64,000 nucleotides of DNA from positions 32,001 to 96,000 of the IMG/VR virus record IMGVR_UViG_3300031555_001519; one strand, written 5' to 3'. Positions 11,082 through 21,645 of the stretch are shown piece after piece. The DNA is from a virus. Taxonomy: Duplodnaviria; Caudoviricetes. The number at the start of each line of letters is the position of its first letter. Within the stretch, counting starts at the first letter, position 1. Under the pieces are notes generated by a model. That model did not search any database. It saw only the letters and a list, made by a program, of their open reading frames with translations, and was not told the origin of the DNA. A program made the translations under genes and the position numbers.

Positions 11082-11645
11082 ATGAATTATCACAATATTT
11101 TGCATGATGATATGAGAAATGGGGACGGGTTACGTGTAACCCTCTTCGTTTCCGGCTGTGCTCACTATTGCAATAATTGTCAAAATCCACAGACATGGGA
11201 TTGTAATAGTGGTATTGAATTTGATTTAGCAGCGAAAGAAGAAATATACGAACAATTAAATAATGAGTACATTAGTGGGATAACTTTTACTGGTGGAGAT
11301 CCATTGTATGATGGAAATTTAAATGATGTCCTAGATTTAATTCGTGAAATAAAAAACAAATTTCCAAACAAAACTATATGGCTATATACAGGCTATTCAG
11401 TAGATATGTATGAATTATATGAATCCGACCATACAGAAATTGTTGTAAACCCTAGAAGTAATAATATAGAGAATGATTTGAAGAGAGCAAACATTGTTAG
11501 TAAATGCGATGTTGTTATAGACGGACGTTATGAAGAAGATAAAAGAGACGTTTCATTACACTGGAGAGGGTCATCAAATCAGCGTATTATAGATATTCAA
11601 AAATCACTTTTTAAAGGAGAGATAGTTCCATGGGATATGTTTTAA
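11082..11645 (+). CDS. nrdG: Anaerobic RNR activating radical SAM protein
   Basis: NGDGLRVTLFVSGCAHYCNNCQN, GGDPL, DGRY, WRGSSNQR. Confidence 0.95.
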   Translation: MNYHNILHDDMRNGDGLRVTLFVSGCAHYCNNCQNPQTWDCNSGIEFDLAAKEEIYEQLNNEYISGITFTGGDPLYDGNLNDVLDLIREIKNKFPNKTIWLYTGYSVDMYELYESDHTEIVVNPRSNNIENDLKRANIVSKCDVVIDGRYEEDKRDVSLHWRGSSNQRIIDIQKSLFKGEIVPWDMF

Positions 11646-11953
11646 AAACAACCAAGGATGATTTATATAGCAAAGGATTTCGCTATAACAAGGTAATGAG
11701 TGATGATGTTACTGATTGTTACTCGCTTCGGTTTCCAGTACATAGATATAAAAAGACTATAGTGTTAGAGTGTGAAATAATTGTAGAACTGCAAACAGGT
11801 CGTGTTATTACAAATGTGTTTAATTATGGGACAAATGATATTTATGCTCCTTATTATAACACAGAATATGGTAACCATTTTCCATTATTAAATTCAATAA
11901 ACGCAGCTATTAAAGCACAGTTCAAGAAGCTTGGAGTGAAGGAAAAGAAATGA
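11630..11953 (+). CDS. hypothetical protein
   Basis: 107-aa ORF with AGGAG RBS overlapping the end of nrdG. Confidence 0.6.
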   Translation: MGYVLKTTKDDLYSKGFRYNKVMSDDVTDCYSLRFPVHRYKKTIVLECEIIVELQTGRVITNVFNYGTNDIYAPYYNTEYGNHFPLLNSINAAIKAQFKKLGVKEKK

Positions 11954-12110
11954 GTGATGTAATATTAACTAGTCAATGTGAGAACTGCATGTACGGAAGT
12001 GCAGATGATTCAGACAAGGCAAGAGTAAAGGTGTATTGCAGCTATAAGGATAAGACCTATTATTTTGGACAATGTGTACCTTGTGATAACTACACAAAAA
12101 GACGAGAAGA

Positions 12111-14111
12111 ATAAATCGAGATTTGATTAGAAGGTAAAGGACAAGGTTATGTATGATTTTGTTTATGAACTTAATGACTTACAAATAAGAAAATGTACAA
12201 GAAGTTGCAGTTGTAAAATTTGTGATAAAGAAGTAATGGGTAAAGATATTGTATATTTAAAGTCTTTTAGATTACAGGCTCAACCTTTTCATATCTGTTT
12301 GGATTGCTGGGAAAAGATAAATGAATTGGTTATAAATTATAAGAAGGAGAAGAATCAATGACAAAAACAGATAGAAAACAAGAAATGATTCAGAGAATTA
12401 AAGAATGCGGACAATATATTATTGATAATGCAGAAGCAATTATAGGAGATGAGAAATATATTAGAGAGTTATATTTAACCTGTGACTTCTTTGATATAAG
12501 TGAACCACCATATGTAACTATTACAAAGGATGTAATTCCGGATAATTTTATTAAGCGCATAGGTTGATAAAACTGAGTTTGATTTACCGAAAACTAAACA
12601 AAATTAAATAGGAGATTAAAAATGGAAAGATATTATTGGGAATCAGAAGATGGACATTTAACACCGGTACATGAATTAACAGATTTACATATATGCCACA
12701 TTGTTATGAAGTTCGGAAAGGATAGATTAGCTAATATGGGACATGCAGTAATAGTTGATAAATTCAATGAACTTAATAAGAAATTTAAGTTTTTTGATGT
12801 TGTCAGGGGGAATTAATATGCATTTAAGTAAGACAGAAATAGAGTGGTTGCAGTTGGCAATCGAAGATAATAACAAATATCATATTGCAGTAGACAACGA
12901 TTGCATTTCTATTGATGAATGTATTGATGAAGAAAACGATGAATGGGATAGCGTATTTGTTTTTGACAATTACGGTCAAGATCTGATTGTGCAGTTATTC
13001 AATTACATCGGCTGCAATGCGGATAGAGTATAGGTGGCAGACATGAGATATCTTATTGAATGGCACGAAGCTATATGGGATGAGTGGAATGATAGCTGGA
13101 AACTTTATCCCATAGGCGAAGTGCATAGAGAAGTATTTGAAGATGAATGTGAATTTAATGCTCGTATCACAGAATTAGAGAATTATGAAAACGGACTGAT
13201 TACAGATGTAATTATTGACGGTCTTTATACTTGTGAACTTCATAAAATTACGAGCAGATAGAAATGCAGTTTGATAGTCGGAGGATATATGAATTTTAAA
13301 GCATTAAATTACATACACGAGTTATTAATTAAAAATGTTAATGATACCAGAAAAGATTGGCAGCAAGCACATAACAAGAAAAAAGAAACCGAAATGGATG
13401 ATGAACATTATCAACTTCTTGAAGAGGTATGCTTTGAAAAACATTGCAGCTTAAAAGATGCGGAAGAGGTGCTTAGAGCTTTTGAAGAACATGAGTGGTA
13501 AATGAAACTGAGTTTGATTTCCGGAGGTGAGAAGATGACTAAATGTGATTTTTGTACAAAATATCATAATGGTAAATGTTTTTGGACGTCTGCTTCAGCA
13601 GCAACATCAGATTGCGAAAAAGCAATAAAACTTATGATTAAAACGTTGCAAAATATAGGTATAGACAAGAAGAGTACTAAATAGAATATCGGTTTGGTTG
13701 TGAGGTGATTATAAAATGAAATGTCCTAATTGTGGTAAGGAAATGATTGATAAGAGTTATTCAAAAAGAGAACGTTTTTATCATTGGGAAGATGAAGAAT
13801 TCTATTATAGAGATAACTACTATGAAAAGTTTGTTTGCAATGATTGCAAAATCTCTTTTGAAAATGATACATGGAATATTCCAAATAAATTATTACCAAC
13901 GGAAAAACAAAAGAAGACAATCTTATTTATAAATAATCATCTCAGTATGGATTTAAAAGCTTTAACAAAACATCAGTGTTGGTTGGATATAGGAAAGTAT
14001 TTTGATAAAGCAAAGAAAACACCATAGCATTCCAGTGAGTATTATGAAGACTTGCAAGAATACTTTGGAATGTGTGAAGGAGATTTTTGTTAATAGAATA
14101 TCAATCTGGTT
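12111..14111 (+). repeat. Dispersed intergenic motif AT(A/G)(G)AA-N6-T(T/C)TG(A/G)T at gene boundaries, 6 copies
   Basis: Copies at 12111, 12567, 13258, 13502, 13681 and 14093, each at or next to a stop codon. Confidence 0.65.
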
Positions 14112-17100
14112 AAAAGAAAGGAAAACAAAATGGCAAATATAATTCCAATGTATCCAAAGTTTACAGAAAATGAATATACATTTATTTTCAGAACAGATAG
14201 ACCATTAACTCATGATGAAAAAATGATAATTTCTTCAAAAGGGCTATCTGCATTAAATGAAATTTTAAAAACAGAATTGGGTAATATTGCAGAACATAAT
14301 AGTAGTTTTAGTTTTAAGTAACAATCAGTTTTCATTTGATAATATTGGAAAGGTAGACATGTATGACGGAGAGCGAAGCAATCAAAATTTTAGCTGGCGA
14401 TATATTAGTTTTAAATCTACATAATTCGCCTGTTATATATAAAAGTAACCAAGCACATGAGATGGCTATCAAAGCACTTGAAAAACAGATGTCGAAGGAG
14501 CCAACAGATGTTAGATACTTTGGAGAAGCCGGATATTATATTGGGTTGTGTCCGACTTGCAAGAGTGGTAATAATTCAGAATATCAATATTGTGGTGACT
14601 GCGGACAAAAGCTTGATTGGGAGAGCAAGACATGACATTAGAAGACGTTAGAAACGATACAGAGCATAACAATTATATTATCCACTACATAAATAAAGAT
14701 GGTGAAGTCGATTGGATTTGGTTATCAAAAGAACAAATCTTAAATTGTGAATGGGCACAATTTTATTTTAATGGTGGTTATAAAGATAAGAAATTTCATT
14801 GTTAGATTGGAGAAGCAAAATGGATTGGAAAATGAGAGCTTTAATAGTTATCGGTATTCATGTAATTGGTGCAATAATCACACTAATAGCATGGTATAAA
14901 GATGGTACTTTTGAATGGCACGCAAAAAATGGAGATGGTTATTATTGGGCAGCTCCTTCTGATGTTGTGTTTCATGCTGTGGTTGCATGGGAAATTCATT
15001 TACTTTTATACATCATATGTACTATTGATGAGCTTATTGATGATTTCTTTTATAAGAAGTATGAAGAAGATAAAGATGAAGAAATCGCAGAAGAATTTGA
15101 AAAGAATTAATAAGGAAAGAGGAGAGTAGAGTATGAAAGAATTAAAGTATAAAGTTGGCGATGAAGTATTGATTAAGGGTGTTGTTACAAACATACTTTG
15201 TGGCGATTATCCGTATGATATTGCGTTCAATAAAAACAATAAGAATCTAGTTTGTTGGAGTGAAACTTTTAATCCTGAATGCGTTGTTGGGGAAGTTGAA
15301 GATTTTGTTAAGGTAGATGATCAGAAAACCTATGAACAGGGTCTGAATGATGCCTGGAAGATGGCTAAAAAGATTTGTATGACTATAAATAAAGGTGGTT
15401 TACCATCAGATCAATTGGAAGATATTTATGACGGTTATGATTTGACAGACGATATATTGGACAACTTCTCCGCTCAAGAAGCTATCGACTTATACAACGC
15501 CTGGAAAGAACGTAATGAGTTAAAGATGGGAGACATTGTGGAGTGGTCTAACGATAGCTACAGTTACAAGGGTATATTCTATTCAAAAGAAGGTAACGGC
15601 TGGTGGATACTAGATTCGGATTTAATAGCACCACAATTCTTATATTCTACCGAATGGAAGTTACGTAAACTCGAAGATGCTCCTATTGATATTTTAGGAG
15701 TTTTCAGAGATATTGGCAAGGAGGTTTAGGATATGAAAGAATATACTAACAAAACAATGTATGGAACTTATGGCGAGATATACGATCAGTTTAAAGAAAG
15801 AACTGCCATTAACAGTGATATGATAGTCGATTGGAGACCGGCTGCTAATTTCTACACAGACATTGGAGTTGATATAAGGAACGCTATCGTAGTTCAGTTA
15901 AAAAGTGGTGGTTGGATTATATACACTCCTGATAAAGAGTTTCATGTGGAGAAATAAGGAGGACTCATGGGTTTAACTAGCAAATTCTATTGTAAGAAAT
16001 GTCGCCAAATCAAATCTAGGTTTCAAGTTAAATGTGTTGACAACTATTACAACTATTATTACGAATGCAAATATTGTCATGAAAAAACGGAAAGTGTTGA
16101 GCACATGTTGATTCGATTAGAACAAGGGCGAGAGGTAATGAAATTGGAGGAAACATGGTAGGAAAATATAAAGTAATTACTTTGTGTGGTAGCACGAAGT
16201 TTAAAGATGATTTCATGGAACAACAGAAGTTATTAACTCTACAAGGATATATTGTAATTTCGGTAGGATTATTTGGTCATTCCGGTGACAATGAGGTTTG
16301 GTCAGAAGGAACAAAAGAAATGCTGGATGATATGCATAAGAGAAAGATTGATATAGCAGATGAGATTTTTGTAATTAATAAAAATGGTTATATTGGAAGC
16401 TCTACAAAGTCTGAAATCGAGTATGCGAAGTCTAAAGGGATGCCAATTACATATATGGAGGAGTTAATATGATGACAACAAAATCTACATCAAAAAGAGA
16501 TAAGGATATTATTACTTTTGAATTTAAGAGTAATAATCCTAGACATATAAAAAGGGTACATGATGCTATAGAAAGTTGTTTGAAAGAACAACAAAAGATG
16601 GACGAGTTTAATTCATCGCAAATAAAAAACGCTAAACCCAGTAGATCGGTATTAGATTTGGAGGTGATTAAATGATTTGTTACCATTGTGAGAATGCTCC
16701 GGGGTGTAGTGTATTTAGAAATTTGTATTCTATTTCTGAAGAGTTTAGTATAAATCAATGTTGTAAATATCAAGAACCGAATGCTAACAAGTATAAAAAG
16801 ATAGCACAAAATGACCACTTGTTAAAACTTATCTATGACTATTTCACGCATCAAGTTGTGGGGCATAGTGAAAAAGAAGCAAAACAAGCCATTACAAGTG
16901 CTATATGGAACTTGTAAATAAAACAAGGCTTGATTGTAATAGAGGTGATAAATATATGGTAGAAGTAAAAGAAAAAAGAATATGTGATGGATATGATTGT
17001 TGGGGTAGACCTGAATACATTTATGTTTATGTGGTATTAGATGAAAGTGGTAATGAGATTTTTAGGTCAAAAAACGATCCTACAAGATTAATTAATATTG

Positions 17101-17356
17101 TTAGAAATGAGGTGCGTTAATGAGAAAACCAGAAAGATTAGATTCATTTTATGCAGAATTAAAAGAAATACATAAACATAGTTTTCCGGATATGAGATTC
17201 GGTCAGTTCATGATGAATGCTTTAGGTTGGATTAATTCGACCAAAGGATACGACCCATTCTTCCCGGAAGAAGATGAGATGCTTGACCTAATTAAAGAGT
17301 ATGCTAACTCTAATTCAATGTGGTATCAGGGATGGGATGTATTAAATAAGAAGTAA
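12149..17356 (+). other. Array of more than 20 small co-oriented hypothetical phage genes, several with Zn-ribbon CxxC pairs
   Basis: Tightly packed 60-200 aa ORFs, most with an RBS (e.g. 12149, 12358, 12622, 13716, 14130, 14363, 15133, 15733, 15967, 16469, 16672, 17120). Confidence 0.75.
16155..16472 (+). CDS. Nucleoside 2-deoxyribosyltransferase-like / DUF4406-like Rossmann-fold protein
   Basis: VITLCGSTKF..HKRKIDIADEIFVIN..GYIGSST..EIEYA. Confidence 0.55.
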   Translation: MVGKYKVITLCGSTKFKDDFMEQQKLLTLQGYIVISVGLFGHSGDNEVWSEGTKEMLDDMHKRKIDIADEIFVINKNGYIGSSTKSEIEYAKSKGMPITYMEELI

Positions 17357-17381
17357 AGTTTAAAATAAAAAGGAGAAGGAA

Positions 17382-17819
17382 ATGATAGATTGTTTTGATG
17401 GTAAGTATGCATTTTTAAGTAATTTTTATGAAAATCCAGTGACGTACAATGGGTTGACTTACTTAAATAATGAAGCTGCGTTTCAAGCACAGAAAACATT
17501 AGATGAAGAAATTAGAAAAAAATTTACAACATTACCACCTAATTTAGCTAAGAAAAAGGGAAGAAAGATTACACTTAGACCTGATTGGGAAGAAGTAAAA
17601 GATACAATAATGTATGAGATTTGTAGACAAAAATTTATGAATCCCAAGAATGATTATCTTGGTGGAAAACTTGATATGACTGGGCTAGAAGAAATTGTAG
17701 AAGGTAATTATTGGCATGATAATTATTGGGGCAATTGCACTTGCGATAAGTGTAAAAATATCGAAGGACAGAACAAACTTGGTAAAATTCTTATGAAAAT
17801 TAGAATGATAAGATACTAA
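17382..17819 (+). CDS. NADAR (YbiA-like) family protein
   Basis: FLSNFY, EAAFQAQK, LRPDWEEVK, KF, EGNYWHDNYWG, GQNKLGKILM. Confidence 0.9.
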   Translation: MIDCFDGKYAFLSNFYENPVTYNGLTYLNNEAAFQAQKTLDEEIRKKFTTLPPNLAKKKGRKITLRPDWEEVKDTIMYEICRQKFMNPKNDYLGGKLDMTGLEEIVEGNYWHDNYWGNCTCDKCKNIEGQNKLGKILMKIRMIRY

Positions 17820-17876
17820 AACAGTCTTAAGACTGAATTTTAGGTAAGGGCATAATGGTGGAAGAGGCAATACTTA

Positions 17877-18200
17877 ATGAAATGGAACGTGTATATCTAT
17901 GATATTAATCAACAGAAGATGGCAGATTTTAATATTTTTGATCATGGTAGTTTTGTAGAATATGTCAAAAAGGCTATCAAGAAATTTAAGAATAAAGAAG
18001 TTTTTGCAAACCAATTAAAATCTGAACTAATGTATTATTTTTGGAGCAAATCAGAATGGGAGATTATTATTTCTCCTTGGTGTGGTAATAAAAAACCTTG
18101 TGACGTTAAGATAGATGTTTTTGACCAGGTGATGATGAATTGGGATGTGTTTGTTGATTATTGTTGGGAAAATAGAAAGGAAATTTTGAAATTAGATTAA
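17877..18200 (+). CDS. hypothetical phage protein
   Basis: 107-aa Trp-rich ORF with RBS. Confidence 0.6.
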   Translation: MKWNVYIYDINQQKMADFNIFDHGSFVEYVKKAIKKFKNKEVFANQLKSELMYYFWSKSEWEIIISPWCGNKKPCDVKIDVFDQVMMNWDVFVDYCWENRKEILKLD

Positions 18201-18415
18201 ACAAAATCTTAGGATGAACAATATGAAAATAAAAATAATTAAATATGATGGCACAGAAATGTTTTATGACGCTTTATCTTTTGAGTTTAGAACTAATCAA
18301 GTTTCAAATTGGATTAAAATTAAATTTAATAATGGTGAAACAATTGTTATTGATAATGTTTGTGTTATTAAGACAATTGATTAAAAAAATAAATGACATA
18401 AAGGAGACTGAAATT

Positions 18416-18865
18416 ATGATAAGAACTAGAGGATTTGAAGTAGTAAAAGATGAAATGAGAAAGACAACCGGAGAGATTACTTTACCAACGAGAGGTACAT
18501 CAAAAGCAGCTGCGTATGATTTTTATTCTAATGGTGAATATACAATTGAACCTAATAAGATTGCAAAGATTTGGACAGATGTAAAAGCTTATATGGGTGA
18601 TGATGAAGTATTATTATTAGATGTTAGAAGTTCTATGGGTGGTAAGTTTATGCTCGCTAATACAATTGGTGTAGTGGATGCTGATTATTATTCTAATGAA
18701 AATAATGACGGTAATATTGGTATCTTCTTAAAAAATATTAGTGATGAAACTCTACATATTAATAATGGTGAGCGTGTTGCACAAGGAATGTTTTTTAAAT
18801 ATTTGGTTGCTGATAACGGTAATACTGATGTTGTTCGTAATGGTGGTTTTGGTAGTACGAATTAA
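18416..18865 (+). CDS. dut: trimeric dUTPase
   Basis: AAYDF, RSS, GVVDADYY, ERVAQG, RNGGFGST motifs; start reassigned to ATG 18416 behind AAGGAG (the ORF track start at 18245 is too long). Confidence 0.92.
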   Translation: MIRTRGFEVVKDEMRKTTGEITLPTRGTSKAAAYDFYSNGEYTIEPNKIAKIWTDVKAYMGDDEVLLLDVRSSMGGKFMLANTIGVVDADYYSNENNDGNIGIFLKNISDETLHINNGERVAQGMFFKYLVADNGNTDVVRNGGFGSTN

Positions 18866-18880
18866 TTTGGAGTTGATGTT

Positions 18881-19081
18881 ATGAGTGATACTGGTAATAA
18901 AATGCTTTTATCCATAAAGGATATAATGGAAATGACAGGTCTTGGTGAAAAGAAAATACGTCAAATGTTAAAAAGTCCGACAAGTACATTCACAATTCGT
19001 AATGGGAACAGATTATATGCACATAGAGAGTTATTTGAAGATTATATGGAAAAATGTGCAAAGTTCCATTTGACTTTGTAA
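18881..19081 (+). CDS. excisionase-like HTH protein
   Basis: 66 aa, LLSIKDIMEMTGLGEKKIR; immediately upstream of the integrase. Confidence 0.75.
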   Translation: MSDTGNKMLLSIKDIMEMTGLGEKKIRQMLKSPTSTFTIRNGNRLYAHRELFEDYMEKCAKFHLTL

Positions 19082-19098
19082 TTGCGACACCTTATAAT
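19070..19098 (+). promoter_or_regulatory. sigma-A promoter of the integrase gene
   Basis: TTGACT-17 bp-TATAAT; the spacer contains TTGCGAC, a variant of the attP arm repeat. Confidence 0.7.
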
Positions 19099-19158
19099 TA
19101 AAGCATCAAGAAAATTACCCATAAATATTATTTGAAACAAGAAAGGATGATAATATAT

Positions 19159-20364
19159 ATGGGAAAAGACTTAAAAGGTAAAGAATTAGGAGTTGGATTA
19201 GGACAAAGAAAGGATGGTAGATACGAAGCAAGAGCAGTTGTTAATGGTGTTAAAATTGCTATATATGATTTTAATTTGAATGAATTAAAAAGAGAGTTTG
19301 AGAGAGAAAAAGAAAAAGCAAAAAGAAGCAATGTTGTACATTGTCCCGATGTTACAGTTATGGAATGGTTTGATGCATGGTTCGAGCAATATAAAAAACC
19401 AACATTAAAACCGACAGGCGTAGTAGGGTATAAAAGAAAGTTTGTCAATACATACGGTGCTCAATTGGGCTTCGTTAAAGTCAAGGAATTAAATCAGTTC
19501 ATAGTTCAAACCGCAACATCTGAACTAGTTAATAAAGGATATAAGTTTAAAACAATTCGAGATGCACTGGCTGTATTAAAACTTATGTTAGAAGCTGCTG
19601 TAGGGAATTGTGTAATTGATTATAATCCAGCTTTAGGTATTATTGTACCAACATATGCAGAAACTAAAGAAGAAAGAAGAGTGTTATCAAAGCAAGAACA
19701 AAAAACTTTTCTCGATAAAATTGAATCTTCTTTTTATAAAGAGCTTTATCATTTTATGTTATTAACCGGTGTACGTGTTGGTGAAATGGGTGCATTACAA
19801 TGGTCTGATATAGACTTTGAAAATGAATTCATTAACATATATCACTCACTAACTTGTCATTATGTTAAAGGTAAAAAGACTCTCATGATGTCCACACCAA
19901 AAACAAAAAACTCTTTCAGGAAAATACCATTTTTCGGAGAAACAAAACAAATACTTTTAGCACAAAAAGAAAAACAAAAAGAATTAAAAAAGCAACTTGG
20001 TGACAGATGGAGAGGCTCTGAAGAACTTGATAATGCCGATTTGGTATTTACTACATCTATGGGTTCTCCGGTTACTCGTTACGTTCTAGAGCATGATATG
20101 AGACAAGTAGCGAAAGATATCAATACTATTGAATTATATAATGCTACAAGAGAAGGAAGAGAAACAGTTGCTTTTGATCATCTACACCCTCATGCACTAA
20201 GACATACTTTTGCTACAAGATGTTTTGAAAAAGGCATGAGTGTAGAAACAGTCCAGAAAATAATGGGACACGCAAATATTAATATGACTATGAGTTACAC
20301 ACACGTTTTAGACGACATGTTAAAGAAAGCTGCAGTAGATGTGGGTAATTTCTTAGATGCGTAA
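19159..20364 (+). CDS. int: tyrosine integrase
   Basis: N-terminal arm-binding domain (GQRKDGRYEAR), TGVRVGE, PKT, HALRHTFATR, MGH, catalytic Y in SYTH; likely start is ATG 19159. Confidence 0.95.
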   Translation: MGKDLKGKELGVGLGQRKDGRYEARAVVNGVKIAIYDFNLNELKREFEREKEKAKRSNVVHCPDVTVMEWFDAWFEQYKKPTLKPTGVVGYKRKFVNTYGAQLGFVKVKELNQFIVQTATSELVNKGYKFKTIRDALAVLKLMLEAAVGNCVIDYNPALGIIVPTYAETKEERRVLSKQEQKTFLDKIESSFYKELYHFMLLTGVRVGEMGALQWSDIDFENEFINIYHSLTCHYVKGKKTLMMSTPKTKNSFRKIPFFGETKQILLAQKEKQKELKKQLGDRWRGSEELDNADLVFTTSMGSPVTRYVLEHDMRQVAKDINTIELYNATREGRETVAFDHLHPHALRHTFATRCFEKGMSVETVQKIMGHANINMTMSYTHVLDDMLKKAAVDVGNFLDA

Positions 20365-20738
20365 AACTGTTGCGACAGATTACGATTTGCGTATAAAAAT
20401 TGAACTAACCAAGATTTATTTTAATATATGTTGCGTAAAAGTTGCGTAAAAATCGCAAGCAAGTGTTGCGAAGCCAGTAAAATCAAGGCTTCCCAAAAAA
20501 CTTATCAAAACAAATGTTAGGATAAATTCTTCGGCAAAGTTGTATGAGAACAACGGTTCAAATCCCTTTATTTTCTAGGGTTTGAGCCGTTTTTCTATGT
20601 GCAAAAACTAAATCTTGATGCGAAATTATTTTAGTAAAACACGGCATAAAATGGCATATTTTTTCCATGATTTGCGTATAGAATTGCAACGGATTTGCGT
20701 AAATTCAGAATACAAGAATCTGCGGCTAAGTTACGCAA
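20357..20738. mobile_element. putative attP region
   Basis: TTGCGTA repeats at 20387, 20431, 20442, 20672, 20695 and inverted at 20732, flanking a central segment directly downstream of int. Confidence 0.65.
20552..20595 (+). terminator. intrinsic terminator inside the att region
   Basis: AACGGTTCAAATCC..GGTTTGAGCCGTT stem followed by a T run. Confidence 0.6.
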
Positions 20739-20788
20739 AATAAAGCTATGAAACTGGGTAATTTTCTTGTAATAACACTTCAAACAAA

Positions 20789-20835
20789 AATCAAAAAAGG
20801 GGGATATCTCAGTGAGATAACCCCCCTTTGATTTT
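20789..20835. terminator. bidirectional terminator between the convergent + and - gene blocks
   Basis: AAAGGGGG..CCCCCTTT stem with A and T tracts on either side. Confidence 0.75.
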
Positions 20836-20838
20836 ATC

Positions 20839-21642
20839 TTACATACTAACTAAATTCTGATAATGAATATCTAATGTTAATACTGAATTGTATAAAACAG
20901 ATAAGACAAAATTCCTCATATTAGTTATTTTGGTTTTATAATTGTTAATAGCATCAATGGTATAATTGATATGATTCATATTAACTTTCAATAATATAGT
21001 TTTCAAATGTTCGCTATTTATTTCCCCATTATTAATTTTAATACTTTTATAATTGTTAGCTAATATGTCTACCATTATATCCACTATATTATCTACTAAC
21101 TCTTTGTTAGACGAACTAACAAACACCGGATCATAATCAATATTGTTTCGTATGATGTTTGTATATAAAGTATTATTATTTATATTATTATTACTTAAGT
21201 TCTTATTATACGAGTGGGTTTCCCACTGTATAGGTAAGCTACCATGTGGGAATTCCACAGGTGGAGAATCCACAAGTGGGTTTTCAACATATGGACTAGT
21301 AGGAGTATGAGCCACACGTTGATTTTCAACATGTGGGTTATCACACACTTCGTATTCATAATAAAATTGTTTTGATTCTTCATCACGTAATTTATATTGA
21401 ATAAGATATCCATTGTCTTTTAATTCTTTCCATGCACCTCTAAATGCGGTTTCTCCATCCTTTGATTTGTTAATTAAAAATTGTTTGTAGAGCACAAAGT
21501 TGTCTAAGCTAATATAAGATTCAATAAGTGATAATAACCCCTTGGCTTTCAAAGACAAATTCTCGTCTCTAAGAGCAATATTACTAACTTGAGCAAATGA
21601 TGTCTTTTTCTTTCTGAAAGCTCCTGCCGGCATGTAAATCAC
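20839..21642 (-). CDS. HTH replication initiator-like protein
   Basis: N-terminal FAQVSN..LRDENLSLKAKGLL..ELKDNGY wHTH typical of phage/plasmid initiators, PxVENP linker repeats, C-terminal KITNMRNFVLSVLYN. Confidence 0.7.
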   Translation of the reverse strand: MIYMPAGAFRKKKTSFAQVSNIALRDENLSLKAKGLLSLIESYISLDNFVLYKQFLINKSKDGETAFRGAWKELKDNGYLIQYKLRDEESKQFYYEYEVCDNPHVENQRVAHTPTSPYVENPLVDSPPVEFPHGSLPIQWETHSYNKNLSNNNINNNTLYTNIIRNNIDYDPVFVSSSNKELVDNIVDIMVDILANNYKSIKINNGEINSEHLKTILLKVNMNHINYTIDAINNYKTKITNMRNFVLSVLYNSVLTLDIHYQNLVSM

Positions 21643-21645
21643 TCC

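Noticed and set aside
14025-14027. Genome-wide TAG recoding
   Set aside because: Long genes are uninterrupted under the standard code and several genes end in TAG; only this one case was seen.
20514-20522. Another ATCCTAACA (- strand) matching the acceptor-B loop
   Set aside because: It is not in a comparable hairpin and is not followed by GTTTG|ATATTT. It shows the 8-mer can occur by chance, so the docking model is inference only.
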